Assembly (NCBI GenBank): GCA_964234715.1
Contig: OZ174283.1
DNA length: 64,000 nt
DNA from: Podarcis melisellensis
Lineage: Eukaryota
Reading direction: 5' to 3' (one strand)
The translations under genes and the position numbers were made by a program. Below the pieces are notes generated by a model. That model worked only from the letters and a program-made list of their open reading frames with translations, ran no database searches and was not told the DNA's origin. Below are positions 37,851 to 49,939 of the stretch, piece after piece; positions within the stretch are counted from its first letter, which is position 1; each line of letters starts with the position of its first letter.

Positions 37851-38151
37851 TAAGTTGTACACCATCATTGAAAACTCTGATGGGCTTGCAAGTAGAGCAA
37901 GGCAGGGCAGTGGAAAAATGTTGTTTGCCTTTTTGCTATGTGTTTGGACACTTCTTTAGATGTTGTAACCAAATTTTGCAAGACTGTTCCTGAGTTCAAG
38001 GAATAGATTCTTGTCTATGTTTGGATACAATTTTTAATCAAGATGGTGGACTGCACTGTACTGATCTTAAGTAAGTTTTGCATGATGGCTCCTTCAATTA
38101 AGGAATAAGTTTTTATCTAAGTTTGGATACAATTGGGCACATTTTTGAATT

Positions 38152-38212
38152 ACAGAATCTTAGGATTGTAGAGTTGGAAGGGACCCCAACCCCCTGAAAT
38201 GCAGGAATCTTA
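38152..38212 (-). mobile_element. CR1 3' tail fragment
   Basis: acagaatcttaggattgtagagttggaagggacccc...tgcaggaatct. Confidence 0.6.
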
Positions 38213-38547
38213 ACATGCAGTTCCCCCATCCAATTTGAAACCATACTGGAGCCTCCAAATGTGCTAGCAATTTATTGCTGCACCACTAAAGGACAAGTGG
38301 AACCTGTTGAAACTATTGTTTTAAACCATATTTTGAATGAAGGATCCAAGAGCAAACTGAATCCTTTCAAAACTGCACTGATGTTATGGTTTCTTAGACT
38401 TCTTTAGCAAGGCTGGATATTAAGCTGTTTATTATCTTTTAAAAGCACATCTAAGACTATAGAGGGGTCCATATGTATGTGTTTATAATATATTCAGATC
38501 TTTTATTAGGAACAGCCCCTGCAATTTTATTCACTCAGTTGATGTGA

Positions 38548-38584
38548 TCATCTCATCTCATCTCATCTCATCACATCACATCAC
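38548..38584. repeat. Pentanucleotide repeat (TCTCA)n/(TCACA)n
   Basis: direct reading. Confidence 0.85.
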
Positions 38585-39755
38585 GTGATAAATATAACAG
38601 ACAAATACATGATAAGTGAATTCCCATGTCTCATATATATGGCTGAATCAGTCCACACAACCAAGATGCACAACTCTGAAAATTTTCTGGCCACTCTTTC
38701 AGAAGCGTTCTCAGACTATGAATGGTGTAGGTGGGTGGAGTGGAAAATTTGTCTTTCATGTGTTGCCTATGAAATATAGTCCATAGTACCTGCATTATAA
38801 GCCCATATATGGTCATTATTATTATTGGTTTCCATAGCCACTACCCTTGCATCTGAGATTAAATTTTAGGAGACAAATCTAACAAAATGATCCTACACAC
38901 GTGTCCCTATTTATTTAACTTAATTATAGGTTATACTTTGAGTTTTATAGACAAATCTTAAATTATTTTGTTTTATTAAAACCATAATTGTTAAAAGTGC
39001 CTAAGGTGAGCCCAAGATTTGTTTTGTTTTGTTTTAAAAGACACTGTATGTAGTGTCTTTTAACCATATAATGGTTATAAATAACAAACGGCTTGGGGTT
39101 TTTTGCCCCCAGTATTAAAAGCATTCACTAAGGGGCTCTTTATTCAATACAGCTAGGGCAGTTTAACCTTGATCTTGATGTGCATAAGTCATTCTGAAAT
39201 AGGCCCATTAGTAGCATGTTAGTGGTGAACTGGGAATGGATTTAATAATTAGTCCTTTGTCTGCAATTTAACAAATATCCTTGTGAATCATTGAAAGTGA
39301 CCAACTACTTTCCCCCCCAATTATAGCACAACATCATTTATGTATGTATCTTGGGGGACATTAAATTTATCTGCAGTAGAGGGAAACACAAATGCAATGA
39401 TATTAAGTAATTGAAAGATACATAGCATTTCCAATCAGTGAGCGGATGGATGATCTGGATAATGATTTTCCTGTAATTACAGAAAAGCAATTACATTCTT
39501 TCTTCTCGGGTGCTAATAATAAAATATTAGGTTGAAGTTCTTAAATCACTTATAGTAGACTAGTTCCGTTTTCCTTGTTACCACTGCCATGTATCAAAAC
39601 AAGGGTGAAATATGGATAAAAGCTGAATATTCTTGGGGCCCAAGCATCAGTTGAGTTTTGGAATATAGGAATAAAATAAGTTATCACTTACTTGATAAGT
39701 TTTTTCCAAGGCTTGAAACATCAATCTTTAAATATACTTGATAACAGCATACTAG

Positions 39756-40201
39756 TAGGGAGAACGGACAGATAATCTTATTTCCTTTCCTTGTCCATTT
39801 TGCATGCAGCCTGTCATAGTTCTGGTCTGTTGTATGTACTTGAAAGATTTTTAAAATTATGAAATGGATATAAAATGTTTACTATTTAAATTAAATTTGT
39901 GTTTGCGTGTGTGTTTTTTTTATAAAAAATTAAATTGCATGCCTTTTTATATGCATTTGTAGCATAAAAGATGCATTGTTGTATACTTTCCAATGCATTT
40001 CTCCAATGAATACATCTTTTTGTGCACATTTCTTTCACTTTTTTACACATTAAATTTTTCAGCTGAAACTGCATTACAAAATTTAGAGAAATGCATAATC
40101 TGAGCAATAGCTGCATTACAATCTGCATGCAAGTCCAAGATTAGCAAATTAGGCTGGTTCATTTCAAATTGTGGACTGGATTAATTTCTCTTCCATCCCT
40201 A
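39756..40201. mobile_element. AT-rich DNA-transposon-like repeat
   Basis: TAGGG...CATCCCTA ends; internal motifs shared with 11744-12466. Confidence 0.55.
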
Positions 40202-41195
40202 ATGATTAGAAAGCATAAACATTCAGCATTATCTGGAAAATATCACCTTGAAGGATATTCCAAATCAAATATAGCTTTCACTCTTTTCTGTTTCTTTCTC
40301 CCCTATCCTTATTTCACAGCCTGGCCCTTTTGGAAAAAAAGACGTACTGTCGTTGAGCTATAAAATCTGTTTCCGAGATTGAGAAACCAGCTGCTTGTCC
40401 AATTTGACAATCACTGCTCTGTCAGTTCACTTCATTAACATTGATTCATATAGCAGTTAGCATGAACCTCAGCTTCTGTCAAAACATATCTGACCTATTC
40501 TCCATCATAGAAACTACAATCGTCTCACTGCTTTTTTGTCCTCCGTTTCAACCAGTTGCTGGCACTCCCCTGCTAAGCCTCATTTTGTTGTCTTTAGCTT
40601 CCACTGAACTCACTGAGACGTGCTTATAAGTAAACATTTTATCTTCTAGGCCTTTCTTATACTTGGTTGCTCCTGTGCAGCAATTAGTGCTCTACTGAAA
40701 ATTTATCCGACATTCCCCCCCCCAACCATTTCCCATCATTTACTGAGAAAAGGAGCTGCATTTTAAAATGTATCAAAGGCAACAGTACACCTGGGGACAA
40801 GTTTCAAAGAGGGTCTTATGTTTCTGGCGTAGTGTATTGTGCTTAAGTTTACATTCAAGGTGTCGATAGGTGTTTGTGGGTGTTATTTCTTCCATGCTGA
40901 TATTCTGTTCCATCCTATTACATGTATCTAAATAAGTAGGTAATGTATAAATGCTCAAAACTTGAATTCACTGACGAAAAAGCAGTCATACCAAGATGGA
41001 GAACAACCAATAGCTGGGTTGTGCAACCATCCATACCCATCAGTTTTTTGCTCACTTTATTCACATTGTGAATGATTACAAACAATACAAAATAATCCTG
41101 AAGAAGACTGACATTGAGCATATTAGATTTAGCTTTTGATTATGTGAAAGGCTCATGAACCTATGTTGAAATCCACCATTTTGTATACTACTACA

Positions 41196-41502
41196 TAGGG
41201 CCATCTTACCCATAGGTGCTAGGGGTGTGGGGCACCCGGGTACCGGGCCCACCAAGGGTGCCAGGCTGAGAGTCCAGGGCCTGAGAGTTGAGTCCAGGGA
41301 AGAGCCCGCCTGTTGGTCGGAGCACTGCAATGGGCTCTTCTGCTGCAGGCGGCTCTGCTCCTCAAGTTCAGGGGCGACCGAGCCAGCAAGACAGTGAGGC
41401 AGCCGTCTGACTCTGCCCTCCTGCATGCCTGAAACTGAGAAAGGGGGGGGGTGCCGAGCGAATCTTTGCACCCTGGTGCTGCATATGCTTAAGATAGCCC
41501 TG
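41196..41502. mobile_element. GC-rich non-autonomous hAT (Tip100-like CAGGGC TIR)
   Basis: TIRs TAGGGCCATCTTA / TAAGATAGCCCTG; 8-bp TSD CTACTACA / CTACTACT. Confidence 0.8.
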
Positions 41503-42342
41503 CTACTACTACAACAACAACAATTTATTACGGTCGTACTAAAAGAAGTTAAAACACAATATATATATATATATAAGAATCCAAAAGAAGCTAAGAAAGT
41601 CTAAAAGAAGGGTTAGGAACACCAGGGTGAAAGAGTGCAAAAGGCTAGTATATATAAAACCACAGATATCAGTCTACAAAGCACTCCAATACAAGTGCCC
41701 ATTATATCTAGTTTGTGGCACAGGTCATCATCCGTCGAATCTTGAGTGCTGCTGTGCAGAATCTGGCACTGGGAGGGGTGTTATATAATTGTCCTGTGCA
41801 CCCTGGGTACTTATGCAGTGATGGCAAGATGAGGCTAGTATGAATGTCTCTATAATAAAGACACTGGAGAAGCACATGCCCTGTTGTTTCTATTTGTCCC
41901 GAGTCACAGGAGCACCATCTCGCCATATAAGCAATCTTCCTGTATCGGCCTTCAAGGACAGCCGAGGGGAAGGCATGACATCCAGCCAAGGTAAAGGCCC
42001 TCCGGTGCTTAGGGACTTCTAGTTTAGCTAGATATGCCTTAGGGGAGACAGAGTACCTGGAGGATTCATTGACAATAAAAGTTGGGGTCTTGGCTAGATC
42101 CAGTTGGCGCCCAGTGTTTTCAACATGTTGTTTTATGAGAGCTTTGGCCCAGGGTTGAGATTTTAGTTACCACAGCCTGCTTCCATGTGGATTGAAAATC
42201 ATCATTCATAGTTAGTGGGGCAAGGCCAAGGGGAAATAAAGATAGTCTGAGCCAGTAGTTGAGTATGGTCACCCACACTCTAGACTCCACTTTTATGAAA
42301 CCTGTCTCTGGTCTCAGGGTGGCATGAGACATTTTGTACACT
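41503..42342 (-). mobile_element. RTE-X-type LINE 3' fragment
   Basis: Minus ORFs 'ATLRPETGFIKVESRVWVTILNYWLRL' and 'PSAVLEGRYRK...CSCDSGQIETTGHVLLQCLYYRDI' (C-terminal GRY + CCHC knuckle); AATAAA then (TTG)n(TAG)n tail at ~41503-41528. Confidence 0.75.
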
Positions 42343-42814
42343 AAGAGTCCTCTGATTCTAATAGTCAGTCTGACTTGAACCTAGTCAGTACATCACCCAC
42401 CGCATAGTACCTTTCAAGGTCAGTTACAGTATAATCTTTAACTTCAGTGAGAATAGGGTCTGAGCCTCTCTACCAGTGCCAACGGGAATGATTTTTCTCT
42501 CTTACTTAATGGTCCCTATCAAAAAGTGTTGTGTCAGCAAAACCACTATTCACTTCAGTGGACAAACGTTTTCATCAATGATGCTTGTCCTAGCACTGTC
42601 CCTTGGTGATCTGAATGACTATATATGCTGGCTGTTTCATAACTTCATATTAGGAAAAAGATGGTAGATTGATCTCTGGAGTAAATCTTTCTCACAATAA
42701 AACAGGGAGCGTTTACATATACATTTAGCTACATTTAAAAAATAACCTTACGAAGACTTGCCTAGCAGTTATATGTGGAAGAAACCGAAAAATATGAGAT
42801 AAAATACTATGGAA

Positions 42815-42928
42815 CAGGGATATTGGGTACTCCAGCTCCCAACATCCCTGACCATTGCCAATACTGGCTGGTGCTGATGGACATTAGCACCCACAGCATC
42901 TGAAGGGTACCACTTTGTTTACAACTGC
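42815..42928. mobile_element. Short hAT-like MITE, decayed
   Basis: ccagctcccaacatccctgaccattgccaatactggctggtgctgatggg...catctgaagggtaccac. Confidence 0.5.
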
Positions 42929-43981
42929 CAAATAGTTTCCATTGCACCCCATTCTCTTCATGCATTCCTTTCCAGGAATTATTTAGACAATAGGCAATTC
43001 ACCTTCCAGAAATTATTTCAACAAGCTTGTACAACAAACTTACTTCCACAAAAGATCAGATTTTTTGGGGGGGGGGGTTGATATGTAAAGTAAAAAGAAA
43101 ATGTACCAGAAAGTGTGGGGGTAAACACTGGTTTTGACATAGTGTCAGCTAATCTCCTTCAAATCAAAGCACCATGAATGCTGATTAAATCATCAACATT
43201 GTCTAATCTCATTACATTGAGAGCCCCAAATATTATAAACTTTTCTCATTCTGGTTGCCCCTTTCTACGTGTAGGAGCTGACTAGAAGCATGAAAATAAA
43301 TGTATTGCAATTTTGTGGACAGATCTCTTTATATCATAGCATATCCAGCAAACTGGTGTTAAAATAAATAGTATTTTCTATTCCCCATTGTTATAATTGA
43401 TTTGATCTATTACTAGAAAGTATGTTCACAGAAGTATAAAAGTGAGATTTCAGGAGCAAACATGGCTTCTATTCTCCATCTGAGGACTCTTGAAAAAGCA
43501 GCCTAAAGACTGAAGAAACTGCACTAATATCTCTAGAGCCTTGAAAGTGTAATTCATAGTTCTCTGGTGGTTTTAAGCTGTGTAACTCAAAAGCTCTCCA
43601 ACAATTCTCTAAGGCTTAGGTTTCAGTGGTATTGGGCTCAGCAATATGTCCTCTTCCTATTTATAGGAATGGGAGTTATGTTGTCCATTGCTTTTCATTT
43701 AAAAAAAAAACTATGAAAGAAAAGAAAAGAAACCCTCATTTCACATCTTTTTATATCTCTAATATTCCTGTTTGTTAACACTGTATCCTTAATCTATAAT
43801 TTTGCTAATAACATATCTCAAATATACCCCAAGGACAGTAGCCCCAAGTGTAGGGCATTTTCAAAAGTATGCTACACAAATTCCCATTGTAGTCATGCTT
43901 AAAGTAGACCTATTGATATAAATGAGATTTAAGTTAATTCCACTTATTTCAATGGCTTACTGGTAAGGCTGATCCAAGTGT

Positions 43982-43996
43982 ACACACACAAACACA

Positions 43997-44062
<66 letters not shown>
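43982..44062. repeat. Compound (AC)n(AG)n microsatellite
   Basis: direct reading. Confidence 0.95.
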
Positions 44063-44066
<4 letters not shown>

Positions 44067-45759
44067 GGGAACAATTATTTCCATCAGCATCCAGAAGACT
44101 TAAAAGTGCTTAACTATGACCATATTGTGCTCACACTTATCAGAGAAAATACTGTTTTCATGCTCAGATCCAGGAAAAAATGGTGCCATCACCCACATTT
44201 TTTTAAATGTGGTTGCAATGCTAGAAATTGTAACTAGTTGTCTATGATCCAGAATCAGAAGTAAAATAAGTATATAATGTACAATCTCTGAATTTTGCCC
44301 TATAGCCATCTATTCATACTCAAACAAACGACATATGAGCAGGGTAGTGCCAGCTAGTCTTGCTCTGGATTCACCTGCTCTACCTACACACTCTCGCAAT
44401 GATCTGGTTTGCACATAACAGTAAGCTAAAGCTTTCCAGAATTGCTGTGCTCCTCTCCCAGTCCAGCCACTGCTCTGTTATGAACTAAGTCATGGTTTGT
44501 TTCACATGCCATCAAAGCTCATAGTTTGTCTCCTTGAAGTAAATTAGTAGATGAAAATAGCTGAAGTAAAATATTTGATTCGAATTGGGGAGGGGCAGTC
44601 AAGTGGACTTACATTTTATATTTAAAGTAAAACTTATTTGGAAATTATTATTTTTGTGATACTTGTTGAAAATATGTCTACTCAATAGTACATACTCCAC
44701 TCCACAGTGTAATCCTATACATGTCTCCTCAGAAGTAAGACTCGCTGAGTTTGGTGGGACTCAGTGCCACGTAAGTGGGCAATGGATTGCAACCTTATCT
44801 TGTTTAAATTTAAAACTGTGTGTTGTCACACACTTGCTTCATAGGAAAGTTATGTACATTTTTTTGAGGAAATTTCTCTGCACCTGAGTTATTTACATTT
44901 TAAATAATAAATATTTATCATTGTCCAGTTATATTTTTTTTAGGATAAATGTAACATCATCAATTTTGTTAATTGTTACCATATTCTTCTCAAATGCACT
45001 GTCTTCCATTTTAATCATAACATTAGTTACCTAGTGGCTGTTTTTATTTTCAATTAAGCTGTTTGTTTTGTAGCCATTCATAGGTTCAAAAACATTTTAA
45101 AAATGTGCCCAGCTTATGAGAGGCTCTTTTGAACCTTCTGACTTTCTGCTGTAACATTTACATATTCCATACTTCTGACCTTATAAGAAAACTCAGATTT
45201 TTGTCTAGAGGCCTATAGAATAAATGTTAAGCACAAGTTTATGCTAATATACACATTAGTCTGTAAGCTAAATGTTAAAGCAATACTTCAACAGTACAAA
45301 AACACAACAGAAGGTAAATATCATTCTAATAGGGCAACTGAATAAATATATACAGTACTATATATTAGTTTCCCTTTTTAATTGCATTAAGGAACCATAA
45401 GTGTAGCTAGTCAGCTCTACCATAAGACCTTGGGTAGATGGCCGAAGTATAAAAAGGAGTTCCTTAGTAATGTGGGCCTTATCTATTTATCCATCCAGAG
45501 CTTTTCGTGTGTGCCATGATGCTCACTGATATAAAATACTGGCACCTTCATTTTTGCTGCCTATGGCAGCCATACTTTAGAAAGCTGTGTTATCAAGTCT
45601 TTGGAATGGTGTGCATGAAGCCGCACCACATGGAAATCATTCTAAGTCCTTTCTCATTGCACAAGCCAGAAGGGTCTTGATGTCATTGCACACACACAAA
45701 CACCCCTACTTATTTTTGTGGCAAGCCACTGCATGTGAATGACTCTCTGCATGAGGGTA

Positions 45760-45995
45760 CAGTGGTACCTTGGGTTAGGTACTTAATTCGTTCTGGAGGT
45801 CCATACTTAACCTGACACTGTTCTTAAGCTGTTCTTAAGCTAATGGGGCCTCCTGCTGCTGCCGAGCCGCCGGAGCATGATTTCTGTTCTCATCCTGAAG
45901 CAAAGTTCTTAACCTGAAGCACTATTTCTGGGTTAGCGGAGTCTGTAACCTGAAGCATATGTAACCTGAAGCGTATGTAACCCGAGGTACCACTG
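45760..45995. mobile_element. Tc1/mariner (Tigger/pogo-like) MITE, copy 3
   Basis: TA|CAGTGGTACCTTGGGTTA...TAACCCGAGGTACCACTG|TA; same orientation as copy 1. Confidence 0.9.
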
Positions 45996-46999
45996 TATCT
46001 GATACACTGTATCTGATACAGTGGTGATTAAATCTCATGTGGGGCTGATTCATGTGCATTAGTTCTTAATTATGTGGTTTTTTCCCAGAAGCTTGGTGCG
46101 CACATGTATCCATGTGCATATATTCACCCAATTTTCATATCTAACCAGCTATATTATGCATTCTTCAAAATAAAACACTCACTGAAATGCAGGGATATTA
46201 TGTTTAATAGCTACATTAGAAAGTCTATTATGCAGAGCAGCATTAATAAGTGAAATAGCTGAGACGGCTTTCTGCTTTTAGGCTATCTCACTGTTTCCGA
46301 CTCTAAAATGTAGTCTGTATGTCTTGCTCCCATGATTGAAGATGGCAGTATTAAACCCAACTGTGCATGCAGACAGCTGAATTAATAATGAAAAGCAATT
46401 AGCTTTGACCGGACTAGTAGGGGAAGTTCATAGGTGTCTGTTGGCTCATAATAATACTATATATATTTCAGGTAGGTGGGTGACAGCTTCTAAGCACATG
46501 TTCACAAACACATTTATATTATTTTATGGCTACAGTGTTTAACCAGCATACTCAAGAAGTCTGGTTAAGGAAACTGAACACACCTAATCTGAAAGCTTAG
46601 TGTAGTGGTTCTCAAACTTTTTTCTCTGAGTCACACTTTAAGAATAAAAATTTGCTCATGTCACACCAATTTTTTATGCTTGGAAATACAATGGAAAACA
46701 AAACAAAACAACTCCTAGCAGTGCTCGATTTATAACACAGAAGGCAACTATTTTTATAATGTGATCACGAGTCATCCAGAAATTATAAAATAATGCAGCT
46801 CATAAGAAGAAAATCTCATCTCCTCATCAGCACAAAGAAGCCTTTCTTTTTTCTGATCTTTCATATTTGCTAGAGTTGAAAATCCCTCTTCACAATATTT
46901 TGTAGAGAATTATAGCCAATGTTCTTGAAGAGAGGTATATCCTGCTTCCGATTGTATGTCCAAAAATGGTCCAATGGCATACTCCCGTGTTTCATTTTC

Positions 47000-47435
47000 T
47001 TCTTTTTTCTCATAAGATTTTATTAAAGTTTTTCACAATACAATAAGACGAAAGAAACTAATCTAAATAAAAAACAAAAACAAAGAAAGAGAAAAGAAAA
47101 TGCAGAGTCCTCTCTCAAAGGTCTCAGACAGAAAGTGGTGGACCCTCCCCGCTCTCAGCTGCCTTTCTTCTCCCAATAACTTGCTCTAGGAGGTCTACCC
47201 TAACCTGTATCTCACTCATTGTCCTTCACCAACCAACCATCAACTTCATGTGTGTGCAATGTTTAAACTCTAATGAAGGCCCAGCGCAGAGGGCACCAAA
47301 GAAAAGCAAGAGAAAAAGAGAGAAGAAAGATGATAAAAAGAGAAGAGAAGAAAAGGAAAAAAAAGAGAAGAAAAGGAAGGGCTTCAAATTTTCCGTCTGT
47401 CTGTAACATTAAATAAATTATTCAAAACATTTGGA
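47000..47435 (-). mobile_element. L1-type 3'UTR insertion inside the hAT transposase remnant
   Basis: T-rich start followed by ttttatt (AATAAA on minus); 10-bp TSD TTTCATTTTC at 46990-46999 and 47436-47445. Confidence 0.65.
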
Positions 47436-47559
47436 TTTCATTTTCAATGTGCAATCACTTGAAATGCAGGCCATTTCTACCACCTCATTCAGTGTCAGTC
47501 CTGCACAGGTGCATTTTGCAAAGGGGTCTTCAACCCAGCTGAAATTTTCTATGGACAAT

Positions 47560-47912
47560 GTTTCCCTTCAACATTTCTCCAATGAAAAGAGGACGTCCCA
47601 TTCCATAATGATAATTTTACTAGTTATAGCCCACACATCTTACTGGGTTGCCCTAGCCACTCTGGGCAGCTTCCAACATATATAAATACATAATAAAACA
47701 TTAAACATTAAAAAAAAACCCTCCCCTATACAGGATTGTCTTCAGATGACTGGGGGTGGGGGTGTTAGATAATTCCATATCCTCCAACATTTCTCCAATG
47801 AAAACAGGGACGTCCTAAGGAAAAGCGGAACATTGCTGGATCAAATCGAAAACCGGGATGGCTTGTCTAAATCAGGGATGTCCTTGAAAAATAGGGACAC
47901 ATGGACGGTCTG
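47560..47912. mobile_element. hAT-like (Blackjack-like) composite element with duplicated left end and captured L2 3' fragment
   Basis: caacatttctccaatgaaaa..ggacgtcc occurs twice (~47569, ~47785); L2-like ctgggttgccctagccactctgggcagcttccaaca lies between; right end resembles 6880-6970. Confidence 0.65.
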
Positions 47913-48250
47913 AAGTAATGATCAATCTTTTCTTTTTTTGACTTATGCTTGGGCCTACTGGTGTTAAATTAAACAAGTCTTCACTAGAACTCTGTTTGAA
48001 TGGTGATTCTTGTTGTGGCTCATTTCACACAAGTTGGAAACTGACTAGTTTGAATATTCCTTCTGTGAGCTGTGGACTTCTGTGAAATCTGTTTCTTAGA
48101 GATTTCCTTTGCTATTTCACATTACATGGACTAGACTGCTTTACTGTACCAGTGAGTATAAGGACTTGGGCAGTTATGAAAACCAATCCTCCATGCTCTT
48201 ATTGTTCCTGAAAGCTATCAGGGTTTTCTTGTGAGACCAAAGGTAGATTA

Positions 48251-48298
48251 TCCCTCCCTCCCTCCCTTCCTTCCTCCCTCCCTTCCTTCCTTCCTTCC
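48251..48298. repeat. (CCCT)/(CCTT)n simple repeat
   Basis: direct reading. Confidence 0.9.
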
Positions 48299-49191
48299 AG
48301 TATAAGAGTATAGTTGGAGCTCCATGCAGGGTCTAGAAATGAAATTGTAGCCAGTGAAAGAGGAGCTGCCTTGATCAGTATTATGTAAAGGCCTTTGTGT
48401 CCCTTGGCAGAAATATAAATGTTCCATCTTCTTGCATAGCAAGTTATTCAATGTTAATGGTAATAAGTATCCATTATTATTAATAACAGTATTGATATTC
48501 ATACTAATTAGAAAACATCACTAAATGCTTTGGTTAAAGTGGATTAGTATTGATTATATTTAGCTTATCAGTACAATACATTTCATTTTTATATTCAGGT
48601 GAACTGCATTTTCCTCCGTATTAGCTGTACTAGAAGTACCATAATGGGGTTTTGTCCATATTGCAGTGTCACTAGAGGGGCATTTTGTATGAAACATTAA
48701 GAATAGATAAGATTTACAGCTTCTGATATCATGTACTCATTTTTACTAATTTGCATTAGTTTGTTCCAATGTAATTTATTAAGCATCTGTGAATATCGTA
48801 CATCTATGCAAAATGTCACTGATTCTTAGTTTAATTGGCTAGGAACAAAATAATTTCTCTAAATCATGTTGAAGTGATCATGCACGTATTAAGCAGGTTG
48901 CTTGATTTAAAGTGTTATTGAGAGCCTAATTCAATAAACAAAATCTGTGCCCTGCTACATGTACATCTTTAGCAAAGTGAAATGTTCCCTAATAAGTTAC
49001 TAATAGTCTGAGCAGAAATTGAAACTTAGAAGCCTCCTAAGCCTCTTTGAAGTGTAACTAATTTACATATACTGCTGAAAAACCTTATTCTGAATAATTC
49101 TAAGTTAGTCAGAGACAGAATAAACTTCTAAATCGGAGATTTGTTACGTCTTGAAGAGCCCATTCAACATTCAGTAGTGTCTATGCTAACA

Positions 49192-49562
49192 GGGACGCGG
49201 GTGGCGCTGTGGTCTAAACCACTGAAACTTGGGCTTGCCTATTGGAAGGTCGGCGGTTCGAATCCCCGTGACGGGGTGAGCTCCCGTTGCTTGGTCCCTG
49301 CTCCTGCCAACCTAGAATTTCCAAAGCACATCAAAGCGCAAGTAGATAAATAGGTACCACTCTGACGGTAAGGTAAATGGTGTTTCCGTGCGCTGGTCTG
49401 GTTTCGCCAGAAGCAGCTTAGCCATGCTGACCACACCCAGAAAAACTGTCTGTGGACAAACGCCGGCTCCCTCGGCCAGTAAAGCAAGATGAGCGCCGCA
49501 ACCCCAGAGTCGTTTGCGACTCGGTTTAACTGTCAGGGGTCCTTTACCCTTACCTTTACCTT
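49192..49562 (+). mobile_element. Sauria SINE, full length
   Basis: gggacgcgggtggcgctgtggtctaaacc head, ggttcgaatccc B box, gtagataaataggtacc body, (ACCTTT)n tail; TSD TATGCTAAC / TATGCTCAC. Confidence 0.93.
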
Positions 49563-49939
49563 TATGCTCACCATGAAGAACTGAAGAATGGGCACAGGCT
49601 GATCTTTTTTTTTTTTTGACAGGGAAAAATAAGGGAGAAAAATACTAAGTGCTGAACTATATGCTCAGAAATTTGATCTGTAGCAACCGCCTCTAGATAG
49701 AACCAGTTCACAGTGCCGTGTGCAATGCCATATTTGAATGTTCCCTCAATGAAAAACTCCCCATGTGTAGAAAGTTCATATAAATATAATCTAATAAAAA
49801 ATAATCTTATGAAACCTAATCTATTATTATTAGAGGGTCTTAAAACTGCTATTGGTGGTAGATATCATTCAGAAAAGGAATTCACCATTGTCTCACACAT
49901 ATAACACATTATCTAACAAGACTTTCAGTGGCAGGTCAT

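Larger units (their letters stand above)
46603..48047 (-). mobile_element. Buster/Charlie-type hAT element, internally deleted, with transposase C-terminal (hATC dimerisation) remnant
   Basis: End TAGTGGTTCTCAAACTT; minus-strand peptides KEKIDHYF / LSIENFSWVEDPF / LTLNEVVEMACISSDCTLKMKHGSMPLDHFW / FSTKYCEEGFSTLANMK / ERLLCADEEMR; right boundary tentative. Confidence 0.8.

Noticed and set aside
37671-37851. The long hairpin as a pre-miRNA
   Set aside because: The TSD and Penelope-type terminal motifs explain it as a retroelement product; there is no expression evidence.
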